Source of the DNA: Macrostomum lignano
Taxonomy: Eukaryota
NCBI GenBank assembly: GCA_002269645.1
Contig: NIVC01001565.1
Span: forward strand, 67,384-131,383
Reading direction: 5' to 3'
Length of the DNA: 64,000 bases
Shown here: piece after piece, positions 1 to 13,327 of the stretch
Position numbering within the stretch: the stretch's first letter is position 1
Layout: every line of letters starts with the position of its first letter
Translations under genes and position numbers: made by a program
Notes under the pieces: generated by a model
The model's input: only the letters and a program-made list of their open reading frames with translations
Told to the model about the DNA's origin: nothing
Databases searched by the model: none

Positions 1-192
1 GTAAACCGTTAAAACAGCTTTTACGCATTTTGCAGGGCCGGAAACCCCCGGCAAGCCCAGCCATCTTTGGAATTGACACTCGGTTAAAAATATAAACATA
101 TCATAACTGGTTGATATTGGAGTCGTTTGCACATGGTCTGGCGGCTGACTGGGTGCACCTTTGGGCTTGTTGGTTGTCAATGCTTTTGAACC

Positions 193-1324
193 CTTGATTG
201 TGTCTCTGACTGGAGCTTGATTGTGTCTCTATGGCTTGATTGTGTCTCTATGGCTTGATTGTGTCTCTATGGCTTGATTGTGTCTCTATGGTTTGATTGT
301 GTCTATATAGCTTGATTGTGTCTCTATGGCTTGATTGTGTCTCTGACTGGAGCTTGATTGTCTCTGACTGGGGCTTGATTGTGTCTCTCACTGAGGCTTG
401 ATTGTGTCTTTGACTGGGGCTTGATTGTGTCTCTGACTGGGGCTTGATTGTGTCTCTATGGCTTGATTGTGTCTCTGACTGGGGCTTGATTGTGTCTCTA
501 TGGCTTGATTGTGTCTCTATGGCTTGATTGTGTCTCCATGGCTTGATTGTGTCTCTATGGCTTGATTGTGTCTCTGACTGGAGCTTGATTGTCTCTGACT
601 GGGGCTTGATTGTGTCTCTCACTGAGGCTTGATTGTGTCTTTGACTGGGGCTTGATTGTGTCTCTGACTGGGGCTTGATTGTGTCTCTATGGCTTGATTG
701 TGTCTCTGACTGGGGCTTGATTGTGTCTCTATGGCTTGATTGTGTCTCTATGGCTTGATTGTGTCTCCATGGCTTGATTGTGTCTCTATGGCTTGATTGT
801 GTCTCCATGGCTTGATTGTGTCTCTATGGCTTGATTGTGTCTCTATGGCTTGCTTGTGTCTCTATAGCTTGATTGTGTCTATATAGCTTGATTGTGTCTC
901 TATGGCTTGACTGTCTCTCTGACTGGGGCTTGATTGTGTCTCTCATTGAGGCTTGATTGTGTCTTTGACTGGGGCTTGATTGTGTCTCTGACTGGGGCTT
1001 GATTGTGTCTCTATGGCTTGCTTGTGTCTCTATAGCTTGATTGTGTCTCTATGGCTTGATTGTGTCTCTATGGCTTGATTGTGTCTATATAGCTTGATTG
1101 TGTCTATATAGCTTGATTGTGTCTCTATGGCTTGACTGTCTCTCTGACTGGGGCTTGATTGTGTCTCTCATTGAGGCTTGATTGTGTCTTTGACTGGGGC
1201 TTGATTGTGTCTCTGACTGGGGCTTGATTGTGTCTCTATGGCTTGCTTGTGTCTCTATAGCTTGATTGTGTCTCTGACTGGGGCCTGATTGTGTCTCTGA
1301 CTGGGCTTGATTGTGTCTCTGACT
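193..1324. repeat. Minisatellite, mixed 19-23 bp units (ATGGCTTGATTGTGTCTCT / GACTGGGGCTTGATTGTGTCTCT) with higher-order duplication
   Basis: Tandem units directly visible. The ORFs 248-808 and 1085-1330 are periodic translations of them. Confidence 0.95.
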
Positions 1325-2189
1325 GAACATTTTTTCACTATCTTATGTTGTTATTGTTTGAGAAAAAAGTGAGTCGGCAAAGTCCTGCTTGTAAGTGGCT
1401 GTCTTCAAATGTCTTCAAATACACTTCCACAGCTCTTGAGCATGTCGGCAGGTCCTCTGTAGTCGGCTCTGCAACATGGTCGGGTTGCTTTAAAGCAAGA
1501 TGGCACACTTCACAACGAGAACCGACAAAAAAGAAAGTGTCCTTGCAGCAGCAACAAACGAAGACGTCAACTGCTGGCCAAGAGGTGTCAATCAAATTGA
1601 AAATGAAAGGGACCGGAACAAGAGTTGCGATCGCTCCTGGGCACAGGCATAGACAGACACTGGGTGCCTCCGGCCACTCCACACCTCAGGAAAATTGCCA
1701 AGAGACAGCAATCGCTGCTCAGATGCTTTGACAAGGCCCTTCTTTCATTTTGGGAGCCTCCTAAACAAGACTAAAAAAGGAGTCTGTTTCTACAGTTTCA
1801 ACTTTCTGCCTTGAAGAATTGAAGGAAGTCTGCTTTCAGAGGCCAAAATCCAGTCTCGCATATTGTCTCTCGGCCTCAGCAAACTGGCAAAAATGCCGGG
1901 CATTGTCATGCCAAACAATTGGACTCAACAAGTCGACAGTGGAATGGGGTGGAGATGCTCGCTTCAATGCCTCATTTCACGCGGAAGGAAGAGTAAAATG
2001 GGGAGTGAAAAACAGCTGCGGAAATTCTGAGCACTCAGTGTCCAAGCCGTCAGGGATTAAACCTCTCTGCAGTGCCTTCGTTTCGAATAAATGTCAATGA
2101 ACTTTTAAAACCTGCTGCAGCACTCTGACTTCAAAGACTGTCAAAATTGATTACAACCAGGTTTTCAGTGTTGTTCTGTGTCACACCCT

Positions 2190-4800
2190 CGATCCAGCAG
2201 AGTGACCCGTTGCTTCTTCCACCCGATCTAGCCAGAGTGACCCGTTGCTTCCCCACCCAATCCAGCAGAGTGACCCGTTGCTTCTCTACCCGATCTAGCC
2301 AGAGTGACCCGTTGCTTCCCCACCCAATCCAGCAGAGTGACCCGTTGCTTCTCTACCCAATCTAGCCAGAGTGACCCGTTGCTTCTCCCACCCGATCTAG
2401 CTGAGTGACCCGTTGCTTCTCCCGCCCAATCTAGCCAGAGTGACCCGTTGCTTCTCTACCCGATCTAGCTGAGTGATCCATTGCTTCTCTACCCGATCTA
2501 GCCAGAGTGATCCGTTGCTTCTCCCACTCGATCTAGCCAGAGTGACCCGTTGCTTCTCCAACCCGATCTAGCTGAGTGACCCGTTGCTTCTCTACCCGAT
2601 CTAGCTGAGTGACCCGTTGCTTCTCTACCCGATCTAGCTGAGTGACCCGTTGCTTCTCTACCCGATCTAGCTGAGTGACCCGTTGCTTCTCCCGCCCAAT
2701 CTAGCCAGAGTGACCCGTTGCTTCTCTACCCGATCTAGCAGAGTGACCCGTTGCTTCTCCCACCGATCTAGCAGAGTGACCCGTTGCTTCTCCCACCCGA
2801 TCTAGCTGAGTGACCCGTTGCTTCTCTACCCGATCTAGCAGAGTGACCCGTTGCTTCTCCCGCCCAATCTAGCCAGAGTGACCCGTTGCTTCTCTACCCG
2901 ATCTAGCAGAGTGACCCGTTGCTACTCTACCCGATCTAGCAGAGTGACCCGTTGCTTCTCCCGCCCAATCTAGCCAGAGTGACCCGTTGCTTCTCTACCC
3001 GATCTAGCAGAGTGACCCGTTGCTTCTCCCACCGATCTAGCAGAGTGACCCGTTGCTTCTCCCACCCGATCTAGCTGAGTGACCCGTTGCTTCTCTACCC
3101 GATCTAGCAGAGTGACCCGTTGCTTCTCCCACCGATCTAGCAGAGTGACCCGTTGCTTCTCTACCCGATCTAGCAGAGTGACCCGTTGCTTCTCCCACCG
3201 ATCTAGCAGAGTGACCCGTTGCTTCTCCCACCCGATCTAGCTGAGTGACCCGTTGCTTCTCTACCCGATCTAGCAGAGTGACCCGTTGCTTCTCCCACCG
3301 ATCTAGCTGAGTGACCCGTTGCTTCTCTACCCGATCTAGCCAGAGTGACCCGTTGCTTCCCCACCCAATCCAGCAGAGTGACCCGTTGCTTCTCTACCCG
3401 ATCTAGCCAGAGTGACCCGTTGCTTCCCCACCCAATCCAGCAGAGTGACCCGTTGCTTCTCTACCCAATCTAGCCAGAGTGACCCGTTGCTTCTCCCACC
3501 CGATCTAGCTGAGTGACCCGTTGCTTCTCCCGCCCAATCTAGCCAGAGTGACCCGTTGCTTCTCTACCCGATCTAGCAGAGTGATCCATTGCTTCTCTAC
3601 CCGATCTAGCCAGAGTGATCCGTTGCTTCTCCCACTCGATCTAGCCAGAGTGACCCGTTGCTTCTCCAACCCGATCTAGCTGAGTGACCCGTTGCTTCTC
3701 TACCCGATCTAGCTGAGTGACCCGTTGCTTCTCTACCCGATCTAGCTGAGTGACCCGTTGCTTCTCCCACCCGATCTAGCTGAGTGACCCGTTGCTTCTC
3801 TACCCGATCTAGCAGAGTGACCCGTTGCTTCTCCCACCGATCTAGCAGAGTGACCCGTTGCTTCTCCCACCCGATCTAGCTGAGTGACCCGTTGCTACTC
3901 TACCCGATCTAGCAGAGTGACCCGTTGCTTCTCCCGCCCAATCTAGCCAGAGTGACCCGTTGCTTCTCTACCCGATCTAGCAGAGTGACCCGTTGCTTCT
4001 CCCACCGATCTAGCAGAGTGACCCGTTGCTTCTCCCACCCGATCTAGCTGAGTGACCCGTTGCTTCTCTACCCGATCTAGCAGAGTGACCCGTTGCTTCT
4101 CCCACCGATCTAGCAGAGTGACCCGTTGCTTCTCTACCCGATCTAGCAGAGTGACCCGTTGCTTCTCCCACCGATCTAGCAGAGTGACCCGTTGCTTCTC
4201 CCACCCGATCTAGCTGAGTGACCCGTTGCTTCTCTACCCGATCTAGCAGAGTGACCCGTTGCTTCTCCCACCGATCTAGCAGAGTGACCCGTTGCTTCTC
4301 TACCCGATCTAGCTGAGTGACCCGTTGCTACTCTACCCGATCTAGCAGAGTGACCCGTTGCTTCTCCCGCCCAATCTAGCCAGAGTGACCCGTTGCTTCT
4401 CTACCCGATCTAGCAGAGTGACCCGTTGCTTCTCCCACCGATCTAGCAGAGTGACCCGTTGCTTCTCTACCCGATCTAGCTGAGTGACCCGTTGCTACTC
4501 TACCCGATCTAGCAGAGTGACCCGTTGCTTCTCCCGCCCAATCTAGCCAGAGTGACCCGTTGCTTCTCTACCTGATCTAGCAGAGTGACCCGTTGCTTCT
4601 CCCACCGATCTAGCAGAGTGACCCGTTGCTTCTCCCACCCGATCTAGCTGAGTGACCCGTTGCTTCTCTACCCGATCTAGCAGAGTGACCCGTTGCTTCT
4701 CCCACCGATCTAGCAGAGTGACCCGTTGCTTCTCTACCCGATCTAGCTGAGTGACCCGTTGCTACTCTACCCCATCTAGCAGAGTGACCCGTTGCTTCCC
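2190..4800. repeat. Minisatellite, ~33 bp unit AGAGTGACCCGTTGCTTCTCTACCCGATCTAGC
   Basis: Tandem units directly visible. Identical ORFs at 3037 and 4010 show higher-order duplication. Confidence 0.95.
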
Positions 4801-6351
4801 CAAAAAAGTGCAGCAGTTCATTGCTGCTGAGCAAGCTCAAAAGCCAATCACCCGACAGTTATTACAGAAGGCCGATATGTTTTCAACTACCGCCATCCCT
4901 ATAGCGCAATTCATAAAATAATAAAACGCAACCTCAAGGGTTTTCCGCAATTGCTAATTACTTTTCTGTTTAATGGAGGCCTGAAACAAGCCGGTGACAA
5001 TGGTGATAAAGGGGGGGGGGGTAGCCGCCTGGAAACTGAGTCCAATGTTTTCTGAGTTAGATAACTGCATGAACACGTGTATGCTGTAATTGCTACATCC
5101 CACAGGACTCCCCAATGGGATCTGCTCCCCTCTCGTACCCCCACTCTCTAACCTATTGTTGACGCTTTAACAATGAGGCTGACAATGGAAGCTTAGACAA
5201 TGGAATTCTGCTGTATTTGAGGAGCCCAACAAACCATTGGGCATATATCATCTCTGCCGCGGTCATTGGCCTGTCACAGTCGGACTGCACGACTGCTGCA
5301 TGCTGGGGATCGGAGGAGGGCTGCTGGTGAGGGGACAAACTTCCCAATTGAGCTCACAGACCGAGGATCCAGGTGATGGGGGGGGAGTAAATTCATATCC
5401 TTGGCTAATGCCCCCATCACCCCCTGACTTCAGCAGGGCACGACTGAATGCCCCGGCACTTCCCAACTTCCCCCAAAAATGCTTTACGCTTCATATTGTT
5501 TCCCAAAGACAATGAACTCCTCAGCTTGGTGTGTATTGTGGCTCAGCAGCATGGAGTCATTAGTTAGGCTGCTCAAACTCTGGGATCAACTATAACGTGA
5601 GCAACCCAAAAAAATGCAGGAAGTCTCCTAGTGGAACAAGAAAACCCCGCTAAGCTGCTAATCAAAAAGCAAGAAAGCAGTTCTTTGAAGAGCCGCTGAC
5701 ATGGCCGCGATTATGACTAGCAAAAAAAGCAACGAGCGACCCCCCCCCCGTTCTCGGGCCCACCGCCTCGTAACGCGCAAGTTTAATAACGCATGTGAAA
5801 CGATTGTTTATCTGACGTAATAAATTTCTATATATGAAGCTAGAAATCTGCGCAACCCTATACTGCTGTTGTCTTTTTATGGAGTGCGGCCTTGGTTATT
5901 GGCCTTGACAACGGGCGATGGCTACAGGCTGGAGGTGTGATTCGCTAGCGAGCTCCGGGACTATAATAAAAATTGGCAGGTGCAAACAAAGGAACTGTCG
6001 GGGGGGGGGAAGGTGTAAGGCGGTTAGATTAAGATGGCAATTAAAAAGCCAAGTAGGAGAGAAGCGTGTAAAAGGAAAGAAGCTGGCGAACACTCTGCAG
6101 CGGATGGGGATTTAGCTATGGGAAGTTTTACAGCGAGCTTCGGGCTGGGGGAGACTGCCGGCCATTATCAACTTATATTGGCCGGCCATGAAAGCAGAGA
6201 GACGGCTTGCTATGGCGCTAATTTTAATTTCTGCTGTCTGTCTGAAAAAAGAGCATTGGATATCAATTTTTGACCTGTTCTTTGTGCGGCGGGAGCTGGT
6301 TAGAGAATTTCTAAGAAATGACTCTGATTATTGCAGCTAACAGAAGGAAGT

Positions 6352-6535
6352 TCAAAGGTGCTTCAGCATTGATATAATGCTGGCACCCATTTTACAGCTG
6401 CAGGTGAACTGAAGCAATGCAGAGTTAAGTGTCTTGCTCAAGGACAGGACACAAATTGTTCCAGTGGGACCGGGAATCGAACCCCCGACCTTCAATTCGT
6501 GAGTCCGACGCTCTGACCACGGGGCTACAACCCCC
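6352..6535 (-). mobile_element. tRNA-derived SINE with CORE-like central domain
   Basis: Minus strand has A box TAGCCCCGTGG and B box GGTTCGATTCC with imperfect tRNA stems. These are followed by CCTTGAGCAAGACACTTAACTCTGC...CTGTAAAATGGG, resembling the MIR/CORE consensus CCTTGGGCAAGTCACTTAACCTCTCTG...CTGTAAAATGGG. Confidence 0.75.
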
Positions 6536-7999
6536 TTCACCTGCTTCACCATAGAGACATCTTTTAACGAACTAGTTAGCCTATTAAAAGAAGTTTATTG
6601 TTTAAAAACCGAAATTTTGTTTTCGGTCGAGTCAGTTCAGCTAATCAAAAAATCATAATTCATCCGATTAATTTTATTCGATTTCTAAGAAAAAGTGAAT
6701 ATATAGATTTCCAAGAAACCATTTAACAGTAACCTACGGGCACGTATGCGCCCGCAATATCGATGCAAAATCAGTTTAGCAAGGAGAATGAACATAACTA
6801 GAAATTGTGTGTACACTTTTGCCATTTGTCCTATGATATCCTTGCTATGTGTGCTATTCTATCGTTGTGATGCCGATTGAATAAAGGGATCAGGCAAAAG
6901 TACATCGCACTTGATAGGAAGAGATAAGCTATAGGTGTCACTCAACAATGTACATCTCAAATGTTAAGTTTACATGCATAGCATCATCGTAAATAGATTT
7001 TCACCATAGCTTTAGCTGAATAAGCTTTGCAGAATCAATAAACTGGGGTGTGTAAATCTACAGCACCCCAAAACAGGAGCAGCAATAGAGAAGAACAACT
7101 TCTGCAATGAAAACAGACTGAATGGGGCTGGATAGAGGCGGGTGGTGGGAGCTGCCTGTAGATTCCCCCCCCCCTCCCAAAAAATATTGAGGAACAATGC
7201 AGGCTGCTGAGAAGCTATCAAGCTGTGTGGTCCGCAGACTCAAACAATGAATGGACCAGACAGACAAGCAGAGTGGCTGGCTTATTGGGGAAAAATAAAA
7301 AGAATGAGTACACCCGGCCTGGGCTCAGAAGCTGCTTATTGAGGTAAAAGCGATAAGGTTAAATAATTACACGAAAGCATTGAGACACAAGTAGGGGAGT
7401 AGAAACGGAGTGGGGTGGGGCGGGCTAAAACTCTTTAGAGAGCAAGATTAACGCGGTCAGCCGCTGCAGACTGACAGTTGCCTGCGTATATAGGCAAGAG
7501 CGGGAAGGCAGAGATAGATAACAGATGTGCGGAGGATCAACTGCACTAAAGTTGTAAAATCAACCATAGATAGATACAAATGAATGTACACTCACGGGGG
7601 GAAGCGAGGAAGGGTATCGATCGATAGGACAGACGTACAAATGTACACTCGCGGGGGAAAGGGAGGAAGGGTATCGATCGATAAGAACAGACGTACAATC
7701 TCGGGAGGAGGGAGGAAGGGTATCGATCGATAATACACCTTATTCAGTGTTGGAGTGGCAGATTATCGATTGATAAGAGACGGTGCACAGACATGTACAC
7801 CGGCGAAAGAAGCATGAATTAATAATTGTACGCAATAATGAACGGAGTAATTTTAATAGACGATTCGGACTATTATTTATAGACTTACAAGCTTTCACCA
7901 CAAAGATTCTGTAGCAATAAAAAGAGGGAAAAAACACGAACACGAGTAATCCATTTTTCGATGGCAAAGAGTGCGTCCCTTAACTAAAAGCGCGGTCGG

Positions 8000-8685
8000 T
8001 CAGATAAGCGACCTACTCAGAGGCGATTCTGAAGGCGCCGGTTCCGACTTGCCGGCGCTGCCACTGCCGCCGCCGCCGCCGCCAGCCGCAGCGGCCTGCA
8101 GCAGCATGCTGTACGCGGCCAGCGATTTCTGAAAGTCAGCCGCTGCCGCCGCGGCCGCAGCTGCAGCCGCAGTCGTTCCGGATGTTTGACTCGCCGACGA
8201 GGTCCCCATTGTTGGTGTTGCGTTGGCCAGCGTCGACATGACAGCTGCGGGAGAGAAGCCGCCTGAGTCGGCGGACGAAGCAGCCGCGGCGGCGGCAGCA
8301 GCGGCGGCAGCAGCGGAGGCCCAGCTGCTGCTGCTTGGAGCGTGCTGCGGCGGCGGCGGGGGCGGGGGCGGCGGACAATAGCCCGGTGGCAGCATGGCGG
8401 CCGCGGCGGCAGCGGCAGCGGCGGCGGCTGCGTAGCTGCCGTAGAGGTGCTGGGAGAGCTGCTCGGCAGCGGATGAGGTCGGGTGGTGCCGGTGGTGTTG
8501 AGCGTGGGCGGCGCTGACGGGAGGGTAGAAGCTGGGGAAGCCAGCGGCCAGGGCCCGCGCCTTCTCGATGGCCAGCAGCGCCTCGGCTGGGTGGCCGGAC
8601 GCTCCGCCGCCGGCCATGGGGTGGCACAGAAGACCGGCGCCAAAGTGCGGCGGCAGCGGCGGCGGAGGCGGTGGCGGCGGAAGGC
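8000..8685 (-). CDS. SoxB: SoxB2-like transcription factor, exon 2 (Pro/Ala-rich C-terminus)
   Basis: Acceptor ttgcag|GC at 8686/8685 is phase 1, matching the exon 1 donor. Frame is open to TGA at 8000-8002. Confidence 0.8.
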
Positions 8686-9507
8686 CTGCAAGGTGGTGGT
8701 TCAATTTCAAGTGCCAATTTCTGGATTTAAAAAATCTGGATTTCTATGAAAAAAATTATAGATTCATAATCGGCCTTCAAAAAACGTGTTTTAAAGTTCG
8801 AGATGGCCGAGTTTTTACGCCAAATTTTTAACCTCATGCTGTCTCGCTATGCCCTGATAATAAAACTATAAATTTATTGCCAGTTTCAGATTTCGAAGTC
8901 AATTCAGCACCAACTTCAACAGCCCCCCTGAACAGAATTGAATTGGCGGGTTGCGGACGCGAAGCCTTGTCTAAATGTCGACAGGAAAACGGTAAAACAC
9001 CCCCACTACGTTATGACAGTGCGGGAGGTTAACATTTTTCGATGACTTGGAATTGCTTTTTTATATTGTCAGATAAGATGCTGCTAATCTATTCGGGCAA
9101 GCCAAATGCATAATCAGCCCCCACAAACGAATACCAGGCATCCCCTGCAAACCCGCTTGACATATGGCAACAGTTTGTAGTCGCGGAATTCGCAACGGGG
9201 GGGGGCTCTCTGCCTGCAGCTGTATGCAGTGTGTAGCAAAACAAAAAAATTGAGAATTGCACCAAATTGGAGAATTTGATCAACATTCTCTCTGTTCCGC
9301 CTGTACATGTATATGGAGTGAAGGCGGGAGGGTCTCACATAACAAAATAGAGAAGGAGCTTAATTAATTCCTTCCCCAAGGCCTAATTATCATGCCCGAT
9401 TATTGCACCAGAAAGCTATGATGTTATTCGTTTCCAGCTATTGGGCCACAAACTGCATGGACTCGAAATTGTAACGAGGCAAGAATTCAATTATCAATTC
9501 CTATGGG

Positions 9508-10320
9508 CGCTGTGAATCCTCTTGAGGAGGGGTTGTGAATCCTCTTGAGGAGGGGTCGTGAATCCTCTTGAGGAGGGGCTGTGAATCCTCTTGAGGAGGG
9601 GTTGTGAATCCTCTTGAGGAGGGGTTGTGAATCCTCTTGGGAGGGGTTGTGAATCCTCTTGAGGAGGGGTTGTGAATCCTCTTGAGGAGGGGTTGTGAAT
9701 CCTCTTGGGGAGGGGTTGTGAATCCTCTTGAGGAGGGGTTGTGAATCCTCTTGAGGAGGGGTTGTGAATCCTCTTGGGGAGGGGTTGTGAATCCTCTTGA
9801 GGAGGGGTTGTGAATCCTCTTGAGGAGGGGTTGTGAATCCTCTTGAGGAGGGGTTGTGAATCCTCTTGAGGAGGGGCTGTGAATCCTCTTGAGGAGGGGC
9901 TGTGAATCCTCTTGAGGAGGGGCTGTGAATCCTCTTGAGGAGGGGCTGTGAATCCTCTTGAGGAGGGGCTGTGAATCCTCTTGAGGAGGGGTTGTGAATC
10001 CTCTTGAGGAGGAGTTGTGAATCCTCTTGAGGAGGGGTTGTGAATCCTCTTGAGGAGGGGTTGTGAATCCTCTTGAGGAGGGGTTGTGAATCCTCTTGAG
10101 GAGGGGTTGTGAATCCTCTTGAGGAGGGGTTGTGAATCCTCTTGAGGAGGGGTTGTGAATCCTCTTCAGGAGGGGTTGTGAATCCTCTTGAGGAGGGGTT
10201 GTGAATCCTCTTGAGGAGGGGTTGTGAATCCTCTTGAGGAGGGGTTGTGAATCCTCTTGAGTAGGTTGTGAATCCTTTTGAGTAGGTTGTGAATCTTCTT
10301 GAGTAGGGGTTGTGAATCCA
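9508..10320. repeat. Intronic minisatellite, 23 bp unit GAATCCTCTTGAGGAGGGGTTGT
   Basis: Tandem units inside the SoxB intron (8686-10352). Confidence 0.95.
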
Positions 10321-10352
10321 AATGAAACCAGAAGTCATGATGATTCACTCAC

Positions 10353-10657
10353 CTGACATCACCGGGATGGGGAAGTAGCGCTCCTTCTTGACCAGACTCT
10401 TTGGCTTGCGCCTCGGCCTGTACTTGTAGTCCGGGTGCTCCTTCATGTGGATGGCGCGCAGCCTCTTGGCCTCATCTATAAACGGCCGCTTGTCCTCATC
10501 GGTGAGCAGCTTCCACTCAGCGCCGAGTCGCTTGCTGATCTCCGAGTTGTGCATCTTCGGATTCTCCTGCGCCATCTTGCGGCGCTGGCCCCGGCTCCAC
10601 ACCATGAAGGCATTCATCGGCCGCTTCACGTGACTGTCGTGCATCAGCTGGCCGCCT

Positions 10658-10688
<31 letters not shown>

Positions 10689-11028
10689 TGCCGCTGCCGC
10701 CGGGGTCGCCGCTGCCGGAGCTACTGATGCCGTACATGTCGACATCATTGTCGTAGTCATTGCCGGCTGCGTCAACGACGTCCTCATCTTCGTTGGATGC
10801 TGCGACGTCCATGCGGCGGACAGCGGGCGGCAGCTGCAGGCTGCAGGCGCCACTCGCCGCGAGGGAAGTCGGCATCGGCGGCAGCGGCGGCAGCGTCGGC
10901 AGGTGGGCCGACACCGCCAGGGATGACGATGACGTTGAAGACGACGTGGCGGCAGCGGCTGCGGCTGCCACCGCGGCAGCCTGAAGGTTGAGCATGTCCT
11001 GCACAGAGTGGTGCGCCATTAGAGACAT
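10353..11028 (-). CDS. SoxB: SoxB2-like (Sox14/21-type) transcription factor, exon 1 with full HMG box
   Basis: [43 protein letters not shown]...[25 protein letters not shown]. First ATG at 11028 (the track start at 11088 is TTG). Donor G|GTGAGT at 10353/10352. Confidence 0.93.
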
Positions 11029-11110
11029 TTGACTGCGAGTCCTGCTGCTGCTGTGCGAGGGTTCGGGTTGGTGTTTGGAAGGCTCCAAGCTGTGGAGTCC
11101 CGCAGCCTGG

Positions 11111-11247
11111 TTTTATAGCTTACCCGGGGGGGGGGTTAACAAAAAAAAACGATGGAGCCGAAAGATTGCTGCTGGGGTTGGGTGGGGGGCCTCGATCCCC
11201 CCTGGCTGGATTGGGTGGCTCTGGGCGCCGGTCTCTCGTCATTGGCT
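11111..11247 (-). promoter_or_regulatory. Putative SoxB core promoter: TATA box plus two CCAAT boxes
   Basis: Minus strand CTATAAAA (11111-11118), CCAAT (11210-11214), and CAGCCAATGACG (CCAAT 11241-11245 overlapping TGACG), about 85-220 bp upstream of the ATG. Confidence 0.55.
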
Positions 11248-11511
11248 GCCCTTCCCCAGACCAGCTGCCAAGCCTGAAGCAGAATCCCCTGTTTAGGTTA
11301 GTCAACTGCTGGTTTATAACTCACTTTATCCCCGCTAATCCGCGATGCTGCTCAAATGTTGAACAGATACAAACTGTTATAACCGCGGCCTGTTTGGCTG
11401 TCTTTTCTGACTTTGAATTCAAGTGAGACGAAGCGAAGACAGACACAATAAATAAGAGCTACCGCCACTCAGCCAAAGAGGCCGAGATCTAAAGTCTGGA
11501 GTGGCGAATCA

Positions 11512-12318
11512 TCTCCCCCATATTCAGACAACTGTAGGCTGACTGCGGAGCCTGGAGTAGCGACTCTCCTCTGAACCTCCCCCATATTCAGACAACTGTA
11601 GGCTGACTGCGGAGCCTTGGAGTAGCGACTCTCCTCTGAACCTCCCCCATATCCAGACAACTGTAGGCTGACTGCGGAGCCTTGGAGTAGCGACTCTCCT
11701 CTGAACCTCCCCCATATCCAGACAACTGTAGGCTGACTGCGGAGCCTGGAGTAGCGACTCTCCTCTGAACCTCCCTCATATCCAGACAACTGTAGGCTGA
11801 CTGCGGAGCCTGGAGTAGCGACTCTCCTCTGAACCTCCCTCATATCCAGACAACTGTAGGCTGACTGCGGAGCCTTGGAGTAGCGACTCTCCTCTGAACC
11901 TCCCCCATATTCAGACAACTGTAGGCTGACTGCGGAGCCTGGAGTAGCGACTCTCCTCTGAACCTCCCTCATATCCAGACAACTGTAGGCTGACTGCGGA
12001 GCCTGGAGTAGCGACTCTCCTCTGAACCTCCCCCATATTCAGACAACTGTAGGCTGACTGCGGAGCCTGGAGTAGCGACTCTCCTCTGAACCTCCCTCAT
12101 ATCCAGACAACTGTAGGCTGACTGCGGAGCCTTGGAGTAGCGACTCTCCTCTGAACCTCCCTCATATCCAGACAACTGTAGGCTGACTGCGGAGCCTTGG
12201 AGTAGCGACTCTCCTCTGAACCTCCCCATATCCAGACAACTGTAGGCTGACTGCGGAGCCTTGGAGTAGCGACTCTCCTCTGAACCTCCCCCATATCCAG
12301 ACAACTGTAGGCTGACTA
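11512..12318. repeat. Minisatellite, 64-65 bp unit
   Basis: CCCCATATTCAGACAACTGTAGGCTGACTGCGGAGCCTTGGAGTAGCGACTCTCCTCTGAACCT repeated in tandem. Confidence 0.95.
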
Positions 12319-13327
12319 GAGCTCTATACAATCAAAGTTCAACCAAACCAAAGTTAGGGATAACTGAAAAAAAACTGATGCAGAAGCCCGCCTAAGTAAA
12401 CCTGCTAGTCAGCTCATGGTTGCCCGAGTATGTGCGGGTTGCTGTTTTGCTGCTCCAGACTGCTAGCCTTGGGCCTTCTTGGCCCCTGCAGCCCCGAAAC
12501 GCTCAATTCAAACAAGACGAAGATAAATTAGCCCGAATACAAAAGACATTTTCAATTGCAAAGTGAATGTGAATTATATAAAAAATAGAAAAATAAGTTT
12601 TGCTTGGCGAGCTCAGCTTCATGGGCGTATTATACAATGAGCTGAGAATAATAGCTGAGAAGATTTGTTTTTGTCTGATAGATTGTATGGACACGGGCTT
12701 GTCGGTGTGTTTCTCCAGCACCCAGGCGCACCTCTGTATGGCCAAGCGGCATGCAGACAGTATAGCTGTAACTTATGCCAAAGTGGGCATCAATGGCCCT
12801 TGCTCAATGCCTCATTGTTACTCTCAGCCTTGTCTCAGCATGTGGCAGATATTATAAGCCGCTCAGAAAATAATACATACATACAATCCACACTCTCTGC
12901 CGCATTGTCTGGCACTATTGTTGAGAAGAGAAAATTCTATTATATTTAATTGTAATCTGTTTAATAAATGCGCCCCGACGGTTGCAGATGAATAGGCTAT
13001 TTAATATATTAGCTTACACTGAAATATTGCCACTTTTGTACAACACTGCAGCCCCAGGAGATAAAGGCTTGGGCTCTGTCTGTGGCAGGTGAAGCAAAAT
13101 GACGCTCGACTCCAGCATACACTCAAAGAAGATCAAATGCAGCGTCCTACTTTACTTCTCCGTGGGTTTGGGGACAGTTTAAAAATTTGGTATTAATCTC
13201 CTTTTTTGTTGTCATTTTTTTAGTTGGCTATTCTTTCTATCTATATTTAATCCTTGTTCTTTGTTTTTTAACCTTTACTTAACTCTGTTGTGCCAACATT
13301 GGGCCAGAAGGGGCCAATCACGCACCG

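Noticed and set aside
1338-2150. ORFs 1345-1731 and 1819-2100 (+) and 1338-1682 (-) in non-repetitive sequence
   Set aside because: No recognisable motif, in-frame stops between them, and no convincing splice chain. Left uncalled.
6462-6535. Functional tRNA gene
   Set aside because: The acceptor and anticodon stems pair poorly, and it is followed by a CORE-like domain, so it is a SINE head.
9487-10338. 283-aa ORF and other periodic ORFs (248-808, 11469-12331, 17044-17734, 55806-56805, 58171-59004 in part)
   Set aside because: Tandem-repeat translations.
11512-12318. CRISPR-like appearance of regularly spaced repeats (also other arrays)
   Set aside because: Units are head-to-tail with no unique spacers, there are no cas genes, and the context is eukaryotic.
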